From positions 11,032-75,031 of the forward strand of contig CAMDGM010000006.1 of NCBI GenBank assembly GCA_945898015.1: a stretch of DNA of 64,000 bases, written 5' to 3'. Positions within the stretch are counted from its first letter, which is position 1; every line of letters starts with the position of its first letter. Source of the stretch: PVC group bacterium. GTDB taxonomy: Bacteria > Verrucomicrobiota > Kiritimatiellia > CAIKKV01. Positions 46,044 to 56,400 of the stretch are shown here, piece after piece. The translations under genes and the position numbers were made by a program. The notes beneath the pieces are model-generated. The model was given only the letters and a program-made list of their open reading frames with translations. It made no database searches and was not told the origin of the DNA.

Positions 46044-48463
46044 TGTTTTTCACTCCAAACCAGCATGCTCCAGAACCGCACGGACGGCGCCTTCACCGCA
46101 TACACGCCCTCCCCGCAACGTTCAACCGGAAGCCGGATCGCCGTCATGTTCGGCTCCGCCGTCAGAAACCATACCTCGGGTTCGGCGCGGCATTTTTTGC
46201 GGACCCCCACATCACAACTCCACGGGACCTGGCTCTGGGTCTCCGCCTTGACGTGGTCAAATTCCGGCCGGGCGATCAGATGCATGACCGTCTGGAGCAC
46301 CGGCCCGGTTTGCCGCTGCCGGATATACCGTTCCCATAACAGCGGATTCCGGGACTCCACGGCGAGGCCGGCGGCCTCCGCGCTCACCGGGGCCAGGGCG
46401 AGATCCCAGCAGTACTCCCCGTACCGGGTCATGAACCGCGAATACATGCCGGGCTTGGCGCCCAGCCAGCCATAGTTGAGGTACGGATGGGACCCCGAGG
46501 CAAACGTGAAGATGGCGGAATACACGCTGGCCAGCGGCGCAGAACACCGCTCGGCCTGGAACAGGCAGCTGTAGCCGCCCGCCTGGCGGCACGTCTCGGC
46601 ATGCCACCACGCCACCTCCACATAATTCGAGATGCTGCCCATGGTGCGGATCGCCTCGTTCATGATCTGCCCGCCCGCCTGACACTGCTCGCGAAACCAG
46701 GCCATCTTCACGGCATTCGTATCGATTCGCGTCAGCGAGCCTCCATTATAGGACATCGCGAACTGGGCGCCGAGCTCGCGGGTGAACACGTGCCGGAAAT
46801 ACCGCACATTCCGCTTGCCGATCGCCACGCTGCTCCACGCGCTGTTCGTGGAAGCGTATTCCTCGGGCATCAGCTGCTTCATCAAATCCTGAACGCCCAT
46901 GATCTCGAACTCCCGGTGCACATCCGCCGTGCCCATCTCGCTCCAGCTCGGGGGATAATCGAACCGGATGCCGTCCCACCCGAAAGTCCGGGAGGACTGG
47001 ATCACTTCCGAGGCGTGATGCTGGATCGCCCGCAGGAGGCCCAGGTTGATGAAGTTGTTCAGCCAGTTCGCGCTCTGGTACCGCCACAGCTCGGGCCGGG
47101 ACTGGGTGATGCCCTGCAACCGCAAATCCTCCAGGTCGATATTCGGGGCGACCCCCATCTTCTCCCGGCACAAGATGTCCGGAAACCGCCGGCCCAGGTC
47201 AAACCCGGACTTGCCGCTCGCCGAGGCCCAGGAATAGGTGATCATTTTGATGCCGTTGCTGTGGCTCCGGGCCATCCACTCCATCAGGCCAGCCCGGCTG
47301 TTATGTGCCCCGCCCTGCCCCGTCCACCAGTCGGCGGTGGTGGGATTCAGGTCGGTCCAGCTGCTCGGCTGCCAGCTGAACGCCTCCTCGACGTTGATAT
47401 AGGCCCGCCGGTTCTCGTCCACGTGATCCGCCAGATAGGGCTCCCGGCCATACCAGGTCAGGAACCCATCCCCCTGGATCGCCGTCTTCCAGACAGGTAC
47501 GCCCACGCTGAAATATTCCGACCGCGAATGAACCGGACGGCCCGCCACGCTGACCGTGGCAACCGCCTCATGCCCGTATTCGCGGGCGCCGGCCGTCCAG
47601 GGAAACACGGCGGTCACGGCGCCATGCGCCGGAACCTGGATCGCTTCTTCGCCAACCCCGGCCGTCTCGTCGAGCCCGGTCCGCATCTCCAGCCGCACCC
47701 GGGCCTCCGCCTTCTGGTCCGTGAAATTGCGGACCGTCACCGCGACCGGATTGGACCCGCCCGGATACACGTGAACGTAGTCCGGCCACACCTTTTCCAC
47801 GGCCAGCGTCGTGACGACCGCCTCCACCACCGGCGTGCCGACCAGGAGCGCCGGATATTGAATCTCCGATAGCGGCCTCGGCACATCGGCCTTCAACTGT
47901 TCAATCATGCCCAGCGTGAGCTCGTCCGTGTCCGGCCCGGCCTCCGTAAACGATCCGGCGGTATCCGGCCGCTCAGGCCCGACAACCTTGACCGGTTTGC
48001 CTTCCTCTTTTTCCAGATTGTAATTCCAGGCGATCTTCAGCCGGTCCTTGCCCGGCAGCGGATCGAGGCGCGTCACCGTATGGGTCAACCGGGTCCAGAC
48101 CTCCGGCGCGCCATCCATCTGGGCCCGCGAAATCGGAAACGACAGCCAGGCCGTATTGCTTCCCCCGAACGACACATTCATCCGGACGGACGGAAAACTG
48201 GAATCCGGAGGGGTGAGCACCCGAAGCGGGAGCGATACCCGGTACACGCCCGGCAAGGCGTTCGTCCATACGATGGGCAACACGACACGGCCCGACTCGT
48301 CCGTGATGCGGACGGCGGTGCAGACCCCCCCCGGCGCGCCGGGATCGATCACCAACGCGGTGCCGACCGGCGTCTCCTCCGCCCCCGCCGTCAGCGCCGC
48401 CACCAGCACCGCCGCAAACACCCCCCGGCGCAAGGCGCCGAAGACTCCCTCACACAGCTTCAT
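46040..48463 (-). CDS. secreted TIM-barrel glycosidase-like protein (GH66-like FGWDGIRFDY motif), family unassigned
   Basis: 807 aa with a signal-like N-terminus and N-terminal beta-rich region, then NGIKMITYSW...TFGWDGIRFDYPPSW reminiscent of GH66/GH-like barrels. CAGGAG RBS. Confidence 0.4.
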   Translation of the reverse strand: MKLCEGVFGALRRGVFAAVLVAALTAGAEETPVGTALVIDPGAPGGVCTAVRITDESGRVVLPIVWTNALPGVYRVSLPLRVLTPPDSSFPSVRMNVSFGGSNTAWLSFPISRAQMDGAPEVWTRLTHTVTRLDPLPGKDRLKIAWNYNLEKEEGKPVKVVGPERPDTAGSFTEAGPDTDELTLGMIEQLKADVPRPLSEIQYPALLVGTPVVEAVVTTLAVEKVWPDYVHVYPGGSNPVAVTVRNFTDQKAEARVRLEMRTGLDETAGVGEEAIQVPAHGAVTAVFPWTAGAREYGHEAVATVSVAGRPVHSRSEYFSVGVPVWKTAIQGDGFLTWYGREPYLADHVDENRRAYINVEEAFSWQPSSWTDLNPTTADWWTGQGGAHNSRAGLMEWMARSHSNGIKMITYSWASASGKSGFDLGRRFPDILCREKMGVAPNIDLEDLRLQGITQSRPELWRYQSANWLNNFINLGLLRAIQHHASEVIQSSRTFGWDGIRFDYPPSWSEMGTADVHREFEIMGVQDLMKQLMPEEYASTNSAWSSVAIGKRNVRYFRHVFTRELGAQFAMSYNGGSLTRIDTNAVKMAWFREQCQAGGQIMNEAIRTMGSISNYVEVAWWHAETCRQAGGYSCLFQAERCSAPLASVYSAIFTFASGSHPYLNYGWLGAKPGMYSRFMTRYGEYCWDLALAPVSAEAAGLAVESRNPLLWERYIRQRQTGPVLQTVMHLIARPEFDHVKAETQSQVPWSCDVGVRKKCRAEPEVWFLTAEPNMTAIRLPVERCGEGVYAVKAPSVRFWSMLVWSEKQ

Positions 48464-48487
48464 AATTCTACTCCTGACCCGCGGATT

Positions 48488-48947
48488 TCATTGGAATAAA
48501 TACTTGTAATCGATGCCATTAAACCAGAACCAGCGCTTGAAGGCCCGGCTGATCGCCTGGCGCAGGGCGGCCTCGTCCCGCCGGGCTTGGACGCACAGAT
48601 CTGGCTATACGGATAAAACCCGCCATGCCAGGCGCTGATGTCGGCGCGCAGTTCCGGGGGTCTCTCCAGAACCCGTGCGGATACCCGTTCATGTCCAGCC
48701 AGAAGGTCAACCGGTCGCAGCCCCAGAGCGCCATGTCTTCAATGTAGCGCTCGACGCGCTCAAGGGGCGCCGCCTCGTACCAGTTGTTGAAGTGGGTGGC
48801 AACGTACACGCCCCGGTTGTAGACCGCCGGCGACGCGCCGCGGGACAGGAGGCGGACCCGCGTCCGCTCCTGCCAGCGACTGAGGAACAGCTCCACCGCC
48901 TTGGCGACCAGCGGGTCTTGTCCATTCCGGACCGTCAACTTGATCAT
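48488..48947 (-). pseudogene. frameshifted short ORF (GH-like N-terminal fragment); pseudogene or homopolymer assembly error
   Basis: The annotated frame degenerates after ...LTFWLDMNGYPHGFWRD. Adding one C in the C5 run (forward G5 at 48656-48660) continues PPELRADISAWHGGFYPYSQICASKP. A second +1 near 48583-48585 gives RRDEAALRQAISRAFKRWFWFNGIDYKYLFQ with a stop at 48488. Confidence 0.45.
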
Positions 48948-48975
48948 GTCAGGGGTTCCTCAAAGGCCGCGGCCT

Positions 48976-51279
48976 TTAGCGCACGATCATCCAGTCGAGG
49001 GTGGCGCCGTCGGGCGCCGGCTTCTCGAATTGGACGGTAAAGCCGGCGGCATCCTTCTTGGAGACCGCCCGGTTGCCCAGCCAGCTTTGCTCCACAAACA
49101 CCGCGTAGCTCGCATCCATTTCCGGATTCGCAAACGTGATGGTCACCGCCGTCTCGCCCGCCTTCACGGCCACATCCTTGCCGCGCAGGTTGCGGGCCGG
49201 GCTGGCATCGGCGGACAGGCCGGACGCCCCGATCGACCCTTCCACGCGCAGGCCGCCGCCGGTGAGATTGAATTCGCCCGTCTCCCGGGAGACCGTCAAG
49301 CTCGCCACTTTCGGCGCCGCATTGGAGGTGATCCCGTAGTGCCACTGGATCGGCTGGACATGGTGCGGCTGGGCAAACTGAATCGCCGCCTCTTCCGTAT
49401 CGGCCCCGAACCAGAGCCCCACTTTGCACGCGGATTCAATTCTCATCAATTTATTCCACGCCAGCTGCCGGTCATAATGGAAAGCCCGGTCCTTTTCGCT
49501 GTCTCCGGTGGAATTGCCGTGAACCCACAGGACGCTGTCGCGCATGACGCCGTTGTTGGCGATGTCAAACACCGACGACGGAAAGACGCCGGGCACCTTA
49601 TCCCACAGCCAGCTCCGGAAAGGGGTCGGCTTGAACGGATCCGGGCCCATGGCCTGCTCGATCGCGTCGTTGGTCGCGAAATCCACGGACGTGCCGGCAA
49701 ACGGGGTCGGAACCAGCCGGATGAGGCGCTTGGAACCGGTGACGCCATCCGACACATCATACGCATTGGCGCCCGGGGCCACGATGTAGCGCAACGGCTT
49801 CTCATGCCCGTCCCAGCTGTAATTTTCCGGCTTGTACAGCGTCGGAGCGCCGGCCGACTTCGCGCCCCACCAGTGCCGGACGATCCGGATGTCCGCCGTT
49901 CCATCAGCATTCTTCGTCACGCTGTCGATCAGGTACCAACGACGGACGTTTGCCGCCTTCGGAACATATTCGTCGGCTTCGTCCACGGCAAAGTAGCGGC
50001 CCACCACGTCCTCGCTGATCGGCGAGTCGGCGGAAAAGCGGATCAGCCCGCCCATCCGGAGCCCGGAAATCCCGGCCCTGTCTTTCCAGCTCGCGGTCGG
50101 GTAGGTTTTCCCCTGGAAGGTCGCGTTCGACAGCCTCACGTCGACTTCCCAGAAAGAGGCCGGGCTCACGATCATGACCGTGCCGTTGGTGATCAGCTTC
50201 GCCGGATTCAGGTTGATGATCGGGCGGCCGCTGCCGAGCGTATCGGGGGTCCTCTCGAGGGCGTTCTTGTACACCAGTTCGCCCGAAACGGGATCCCACC
50301 GCTCCACCTTGGCCCGGAAGATGCCCGTCAATGACTCCACAAACGCGGCATAGATGACGCCGTTCTCGTCGCCTGACGTGGAATGCACGTCGCCCATATA
50401 CTTGAAGCGGGCATCGAACAGGTAGTTGTCGCCCTGCGAATAATTATGCCGCCACAGGCGCACGTCGAACGTCTGGTTCTCGTTATGGGAGTTCGACTGC
50501 AAATCGAGAATGCTGACATGATTTTTGTTGCTGAAGATGTCGCCTTTGGGATGCCGGAAGAGCGCGTCAGCCGTGAAATACCACATCTTCTTCGCCTGAT
50601 CATAACCCAACGATTTCACGTAAAGGCGTTCGACCTCGCCATATTCGCCAAGACTCAGAAACATGCCCGGGAACACCCCGCGGATGGTGGCCAGATAGAA
50701 GCGCTGGTCCTTGCCGGGCTGGACCTCTTCCTGCAGCCAGTCCCGGTAACTGGTCGAGCCATGGAGAATGGTGTTCCTCATCCGGACCATGGGGTAATAC
50801 CCCCAGAACGACAGGCTTTCCCCCTGCGCCAGGTTCATCACCCGCTCGATCGACAGCCCGGTGGATTGTGGCGGAAAGAGTCTCGGCATGTTGCCGCGGG
50901 CATCAAAGACGGTCACGCCGTCACCCGATTTCCAGGACTTCGCCGATTCGGGCGGCGCGGGCGTGCGCAATTCCCTCTGGCTGTTGTTCCTGGGCGTCCA
51001 GTTCGAAGCCGCCTTGGCCGGAATGACAATCACACCGCCACCCCCGGCCATGACCGCCTTCGCCGCTATGTCCAGTGTGGCCTGGGCGTTGGAGGCATTC
51101 CCCACCGGCCCGAACTGATCCAGGGAATAAAACGGGCCGGAATCGGCCTCCGGCGCATTCGAGCCCGCGCCCACAGGGGCCGACACGCCTGCGCTTACGG
51201 GCGCTTGCGCCCATGCCGACACAGCCACACCGGCGGCCAACCACGCTGAACCGATCCTCAAACAACGTTTCGAGATCAT
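48976..51279 (-). CDS. secreted protein of unknown function, tailspike/pectate-lyase-3-like N-terminus and fibre-tip-like C-terminus (paralog of 57327-59633)
   Basis: 767 aa with a signal peptide ending AWAQA. LDQFGPVGNASNAQATLDIAAKAVMAGGGGVIVIP resembles the start of Pectate_lyase_3 beta-helix proteins. Shared GDENG motif. Ends ...DWMIVR, like its paralog. Confidence 0.4.
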   Translation of the reverse strand: MISKRCLRIGSAWLAAGVAVSAWAQAPVSAGVSAPVGAGSNAPEADSGPFYSLDQFGPVGNASNAQATLDIAAKAVMAGGGGVIVIPAKAASNWTPRNNSQRELRTPAPPESAKSWKSGDGVTVFDARGNMPRLFPPQSTGLSIERVMNLAQGESLSFWGYYPMVRMRNTILHGSTSYRDWLQEEVQPGKDQRFYLATIRGVFPGMFLSLGEYGEVERLYVKSLGYDQAKKMWYFTADALFRHPKGDIFSNKNHVSILDLQSNSHNENQTFDVRLWRHNYSQGDNYLFDARFKYMGDVHSTSGDENGVIYAAFVESLTGIFRAKVERWDPVSGELVYKNALERTPDTLGSGRPIINLNPAKLITNGTVMIVSPASFWEVDVRLSNATFQGKTYPTASWKDRAGISGLRMGGLIRFSADSPISEDVVGRYFAVDEADEYVPKAANVRRWYLIDSVTKNADGTADIRIVRHWWGAKSAGAPTLYKPENYSWDGHEKPLRYIVAPGANAYDVSDGVTGSKRLIRLVPTPFAGTSVDFATNDAIEQAMGPDPFKPTPFRSWLWDKVPGVFPSSVFDIANNGVMRDSVLWVHGNSTGDSEKDRAFHYDRQLAWNKLMRIESACKVGLWFGADTEEAAIQFAQPHHVQPIQWHYGITSNAAPKVASLTVSRETGEFNLTGGGLRVEGSIGASGLSADASPARNLRGKDVAVKAGETAVTITFANPEMDASYAVFVEQSWLGNRAVSKKDAAGFTVQFEKPAPDGATLDWMIVR

Positions 51280-51356
51280 CTGGACTCCTTGTTTATCGAA
51301 CGATCATCCCGCCCCATTTCGCCCCCGCCAAACCGGCATGACGGCGAATCTAAAAT

Positions 51357-53369
51357 TCACACCAGTTCCGGAAACACCCGTTCGGCGCCTCGTTTGCGCT
51401 TGCCGGCCGGGATGGCGAACCGCAGGAAAAAGCCCCAGCCCTCCCCAGCCTCCGTATCCAGGGTCACCTGCAAGGTATGCACGCCCTTGGCCAGCTTCAC
51501 CCGCCCGACCGTGCGGTCCGGCTTCGCCGGGTTGCGGCGTTCCCGTTGTTGAAGGACCCGCTGGCGATCCACAAACAAGGCCGCCCCGCCGTCATGTCCA
51601 AGCCGGACCTCCCACTCCCCGCCAACCCGCGCCCGCACCCGGCACAGGGCATGCACCAGCCCGTCTTCCTTGCCGGCCAGCACATGCACATTGAGAAATC
51701 CGGCCGCCGGGCCGGTCGTCGTCACCGTCTGCACCGTCCAGCGCAACGCCGTGTCCGTCAAGCGGACCGACCGGGCCGCCGCCAGGCCCGCGCCGGACTT
51801 TTTCACCAGCTTGCTGACCCGCCAGGCCGAGATGAACGGCGACACCCATTTGTCATCCGCCTGGCGGTCCAGCCGGGCGCGCTCCTTGCGGAGGCTGGCC
51901 GCGAAACCGGGGGCGCCGGAAATCGCGGGCTCGGATAGATCGAGCATATCCGTCAACACCCGCGCGCCCAGGCTGGCGGGATGCCGGCGAATAATACGTT
52001 TAGCCATGCTCTGGCTTTTCTGGAGGAGCGGCACCGCCGGCAGCAGCTGGTCAACCGCTTCGCCCACGGCGCTGGGGTTGTTCAAATCCGCCATGATCCG
52101 CTTCGCATCCCGATAGGCCCGGACCAGCACGGACGTCTTGATCAGGTCGCGCATGGTCTCGGAAAAATGCAGGGTCACCGAGGTGTCCTGTTTTTTCGGG
52201 AACAACGCCGTGCGGGGATCGAGCTTCGGCTGGTCGAAGTGGTCGTGGCGCCACGCTTGGCGTTGCGCCGGATCGCGGAAGTCCGGGACGTCATACGCTT
52301 GGCCGTTTTCAAACGACGACCGGAACGCGAGAATACCGGGAATGGTGCAGTCGCAGGCTTTGTAGATTTCAAACGGCCCGGGCTCGCCGAACAGAATGTG
52401 CCGGGCAAAATAGTAAAGCACCCAGAAGTCGCCGCCGCCATGGCCGGTTTTCGCGGCCATTTCCCCGAGCGCGTCCCAGCGCGGGTTCACCTCCAGCATC
52501 CGGCCGTGGCCGGTCGCGCCCACGCGGACCCGCAGCTTGAAGTCCACCATTTCCGCGGCCGCATTCGTGCCCCAGATCCGCTGGTGATGCGAGTCGCTGG
52601 TCGTCGCCCCCATCAGGTTGCGCACCACCGAGCCATTCGACATCGTGATCAGGGACGGCGCCACGCCCCCCTTCTTCCCCGCATTCGGCCCCCGCGAGGG
52701 ATAGCCGCGCAGCCCGACCGTGCCCGGCAACGACACGACGCGCGTCGGCCGCAACCCGGTGATGTGCATCATCGGCCCGAGCGAATGCGTGTTGTAGTAA
52801 TGGCCGTTCAGCCAGCTCCGCCACGAATGAAGCTGGTTGCCGGGCTGGATGGGCGTCCCGTCGATGTAGGTGTAGGCCAGCGACCGGCATTCGTGGACAT
52901 ATTCGAACTCCGCATACATCAGGTCGCCGAAGAACCCTTCGCGCCATTTCCGCTCCAGCCACATGTTCGCGGCCGAAAACGGGTAATTCTCCGCCAGGTT
53001 GTACACCAGCTTGTGCTTCTCGACCTCCTCCACCAGCTGGACGCCCTCGGCCATGGTGTGGAACGCGGTCACTTCAGACAGCACATGCTTGCCGGCGCGC
53101 AGGCAGGCGATGGCATCGGGCCCGTGCGCCACGCAAAAGGTGGCGAGCAGCACCGCATCGAAATCCATCGCCAGGAACTCGGCGGCATCCGCCGTGACCC
53201 GCGCGCCGGGATTCGCCTTCAGGAAACCAGCGCGCATATGCGCGTTGTAATCGCAACCCGCCACGACGTCATAATTCAGCGCCCGGCAACTCGCGTAAAA
53301 ATCCATGCCGCGCCCCAGGCCCCAAATACCCAGCCGGATCTTCTTGTCAGTCTTGAACAGCGTATTCAT
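51357..53369 (-). CDS. Gfo/Idh/MocA-family oxidoreductase with a long C-terminal extension ending in a PA14-like beta-sandwich
   Basis: KIRLGIWGLGRGMDF Rossmann start and HVLSEVTAF (the EKP-position variant). The last ~150 aa (GGEWEVRLGHDGGAALFVDRQRVL...VKLAKGVHTLQVTLDTEAGEGWGFFLRF) resemble PA14. Start trimmed to ATG 53369 (GGGAGA RBS). Confidence 0.65.
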   Translation of the reverse strand: MNTLFKTDKKIRLGIWGLGRGMDFYASCRALNYDVVAGCDYNAHMRAGFLKANPGARVTADAAEFLAMDFDAVLLATFCVAHGPDAIACLRAGKHVLSEVTAFHTMAEGVQLVEEVEKHKLVYNLAENYPFSAANMWLERKWREGFFGDLMYAEFEYVHECRSLAYTYIDGTPIQPGNQLHSWRSWLNGHYYNTHSLGPMMHITGLRPTRVVSLPGTVGLRGYPSRGPNAGKKGGVAPSLITMSNGSVVRNLMGATTSDSHHQRIWGTNAAAEMVDFKLRVRVGATGHGRMLEVNPRWDALGEMAAKTGHGGGDFWVLYYFARHILFGEPGPFEIYKACDCTIPGILAFRSSFENGQAYDVPDFRDPAQRQAWRHDHFDQPKLDPRTALFPKKQDTSVTLHFSETMRDLIKTSVLVRAYRDAKRIMADLNNPSAVGEAVDQLLPAVPLLQKSQSMAKRIIRRHPASLGARVLTDMLDLSEPAISGAPGFAASLRKERARLDRQADDKWVSPFISAWRVSKLVKKSGAGLAAARSVRLTDTALRWTVQTVTTTGPAAGFLNVHVLAGKEDGLVHALCRVRARVGGEWEVRLGHDGGAALFVDRQRVLQQRERRNPAKPDRTVGRVKLAKGVHTLQVTLDTEAGEGWGFFLRFAIPAGKRKRGAERVFPELV

Positions 53370-53442
53370 CAAATGTCTCCCAGTGAAATATAGAACAACC
53401 AGTTGCTGAAAACGAGAATGTGATTGTCTCCCGGCCGCAAGG

Positions 53443-56400
53443 TCACGGAAATCCGATCGGCGGCTTGTTGTCAACCGTGCCGATGTTCACAATCACCAAA
53501 TCCGGCTTCAACGCCAGCACATCCTTCGCATACCGCGCCTTGAGCTGGGCCGTGCTGTTGCCGGCCACGCCCGCATTGAACAGGACCAGGCCCGGATGCC
53601 CGTTGGTCTGGAGCGTCTCCACCACCCAATCGCACCAGGCTGATCCGTCCGTCAGGCTGTTGCCCGTGAAGACGATCCGCTTCACCCCGGCCAGGGGATC
53701 CCGGGTCGCCGTCTCCGCCATGCTCATGTCGGCCTCCGCTGTTTCGCCGTTGCCCATCGTTCGCCCGATCAGGATCAGCCGCGGCCTTTGCGCGATGTTG
53801 TTGCCGGCACTTCCTTCAAACACGCTTCCCGCGCCCGCCACGTAGTGGCCCGTATAATCCACTCGAATCAGCAGGCACACCGAATCGCGCCCGGCCTTCC
53901 GGGCCTGACTGACCGCCTTCGTGACGTCCCACGCCACGCGGGCGCCCGGCCCGGCCAGGAACACCGGCTCGGCGAAGGACTGGAACACGCCGCCCCGGTC
54001 CGGATCGTCCGCCCCCCAGGCTTGGCCCGAGCGGGGATGATTCCAGGTCGCGGCGGCGGGATCGCAGTCGTCCGTGATCGCGTTGCAGGACATCATGGTC
54101 GTCATCGGGCCGGCGGCGCAAAGGACCAGCTCCGCCCGCTCCGCCGGAACGGGCGGTATCTTGTCAAAGCGCACCATCACGACCTTCTGCTTTTCGCCTT
54201 TCGGAATCTGGGCAAACACCTTCAGCACGGCGGACGTGGCGCCGATCGCGTTCGGGCGCGAGGCATCCAGCGTCGCCGCCAGGCAGTTGGAATAGGCCGG
54301 CGCCGAATCACCGTCGGCCGGGCCGTTGCGCAGCACGGTCTCCTTCAGCGGAGGCGTGACCGCCCGGACGAGCTGGGAGATGCCCGACACCCGGTTGGAG
54401 GCATCCGCCGATTTGACCGCCATGGTCAGCCGTTTCCCGAAAGACGGGACGGGGATAACCGCGAACTGCGGTTCGCGGTTGGTTGCCGTGTAAAGCCCGT
54501 TCGTCCCGGGCAGGAGCGCCCACTCGGTTTCTCCGATCTCCAACGCGTCGCTCCACCGGACGTCATAGGCGACGGCGCCCGCGGGCCGGGTCCAGCTCAG
54601 ACGAATGCCGTCCGGCCCCGCGCCGGTCGCGGCCAGATCCGCCACGCGTTTCGGGGCGCCGGCCTCGACCCCCTTGAAAAACCGGAGCTCGCCCACGGAG
54701 TGGAGCAGGTCGGGAATGCCGTTGCCGTCCGCATCGGCGATATCGAAGTAGCGATACCCGTTGCCGGGCAGGAGTTTTTCGCCGTCCCCGCGCACACAGC
54801 CGGCTTTCCTGAAGACAAAGCCGGCTGGCGTGTTGCTGGCGATGTTTTCGTAATAGTCCAGTTCGCCGCCCATGGGCGCCTCCACCACCAGGTCGAGGCG
54901 GCCGTCGCCGTTCAGATCGATGGGCACGACGCCGCATTGGGGCGCATAGGCCTGGAACCAGTGAGCGGCTGGGACGATGGGATTCCCGCTCCCATCCGTG
55001 GCCGATACCGGGTCGGCGAACCGGGGATCGCCGTTGGAGCCGCTGTTCCGGTAAAGCCGGTACTGCTTCCGGTCGGGCCAGATACCGTTCCCCGACGTGC
55101 TGCCCAGAAGCAGGTCCGCCTTCCCGTCCTTGTCCCAGTCCACCAGGACCGGATGGCTGGTCAGCATCCCGGTATTCATGCGGTTGACCAGATTCGTCCA
55201 GGTTTGACCGTCGGGCGACACCTCCACCTTATACTGGTACCAGTTCTCCCCCTGCTCCATGCCCGTGCGGAACAGCTTGCCCTGCCAGAAGAAGGGGACG
55301 AAGCTGTCATACCAGCGGCTGTCGCGATCCGATAACAGGAACCGGATCGTGTCGATCTTGACCGGATCGGGCCAGGCGATTTCGGCGGCCAGCCTATAGT
55401 AGCCCCAGGAGGTGGCGTTGAACGCGTTTTCCGTATTGGCGTTGCCCGGGGTCAGCATGTTATACGGGCGATGGACCATCGGGTTTCCCTTCGACTCCCC
55501 CGAGGCCGGGGTCGTCACGGAGGCGCGGTTGCTCACGGCCAGATTCTCCCCCCCGCCAAGCGCCTCGAACTTCTCGACGTGCAGCAGGCTGTCACGCAGA
55601 TTGCCCATGCCGTTGCGGTCGTTGTTAATCCGAATCGCCTTGATCTTGAAGGGCACGTCAACGGGAACCTCCTGCCAGCCCTTGCGGCGATTGGATTCCC
55701 CCGCGAGCGCGATCCGTTTCATCGCGCGGAACGTCAGGCCGTCGGGGGAGAGATCGGAAAAGAAAAACAGTTTCCCGCCCACGCTGACCATGAGCCGCTT
55801 TTCCCCGGACCCGTCATCGGGAAACACGGCAAGCGCGCTGCCATACACCTCGTAGTGCCGTTCTTCCGCGGAAACGGGAACCAGGGCGGGATCGCCGTTG
55901 AAAGTGAGCCAGCCGGCAAACTCGTAGCGCATGTCGCCCGGCCGGACGGCCGTGTTCCGGTACAGGGCCGTGCGCCGCAAGCCCCATTTACAGTGGTGAT
56001 CGGTGACGCCGTGCAGGATCAGATCGCGCGACTTCGGGCCGAACCAGTTCACGACAACCGGCTGAAAAATGAAGCCGAACCGCAGGAAATCGCGGCCCCG
56101 CAGTTCAACCGGCTCCTGAAGCGCCAGGGGTTCGCGGGCCGACCGCGCCTCGTTCCGATACCAGCGCACGGTTCCCCTGAGGCCGGAATCCATGACAAAC
56201 AGGTCCGTTGTCCCCCGCCCGCGGAAATCGGCCAGACGGGCCATGGAGCCGGCCGGAACGGGTTTGGCCTTTCCGTCGAGCAGGGGCCGGGGCGGCTGGA
56301 GAACCGCCGTGTCGCTCTTCGCGGCCCGGCGGAACCAGGTCACGGCGGGCCGGGTCGGCCAGTCCACACGGAACGCGTTGCACCGGATCGGAGCCTCGCA

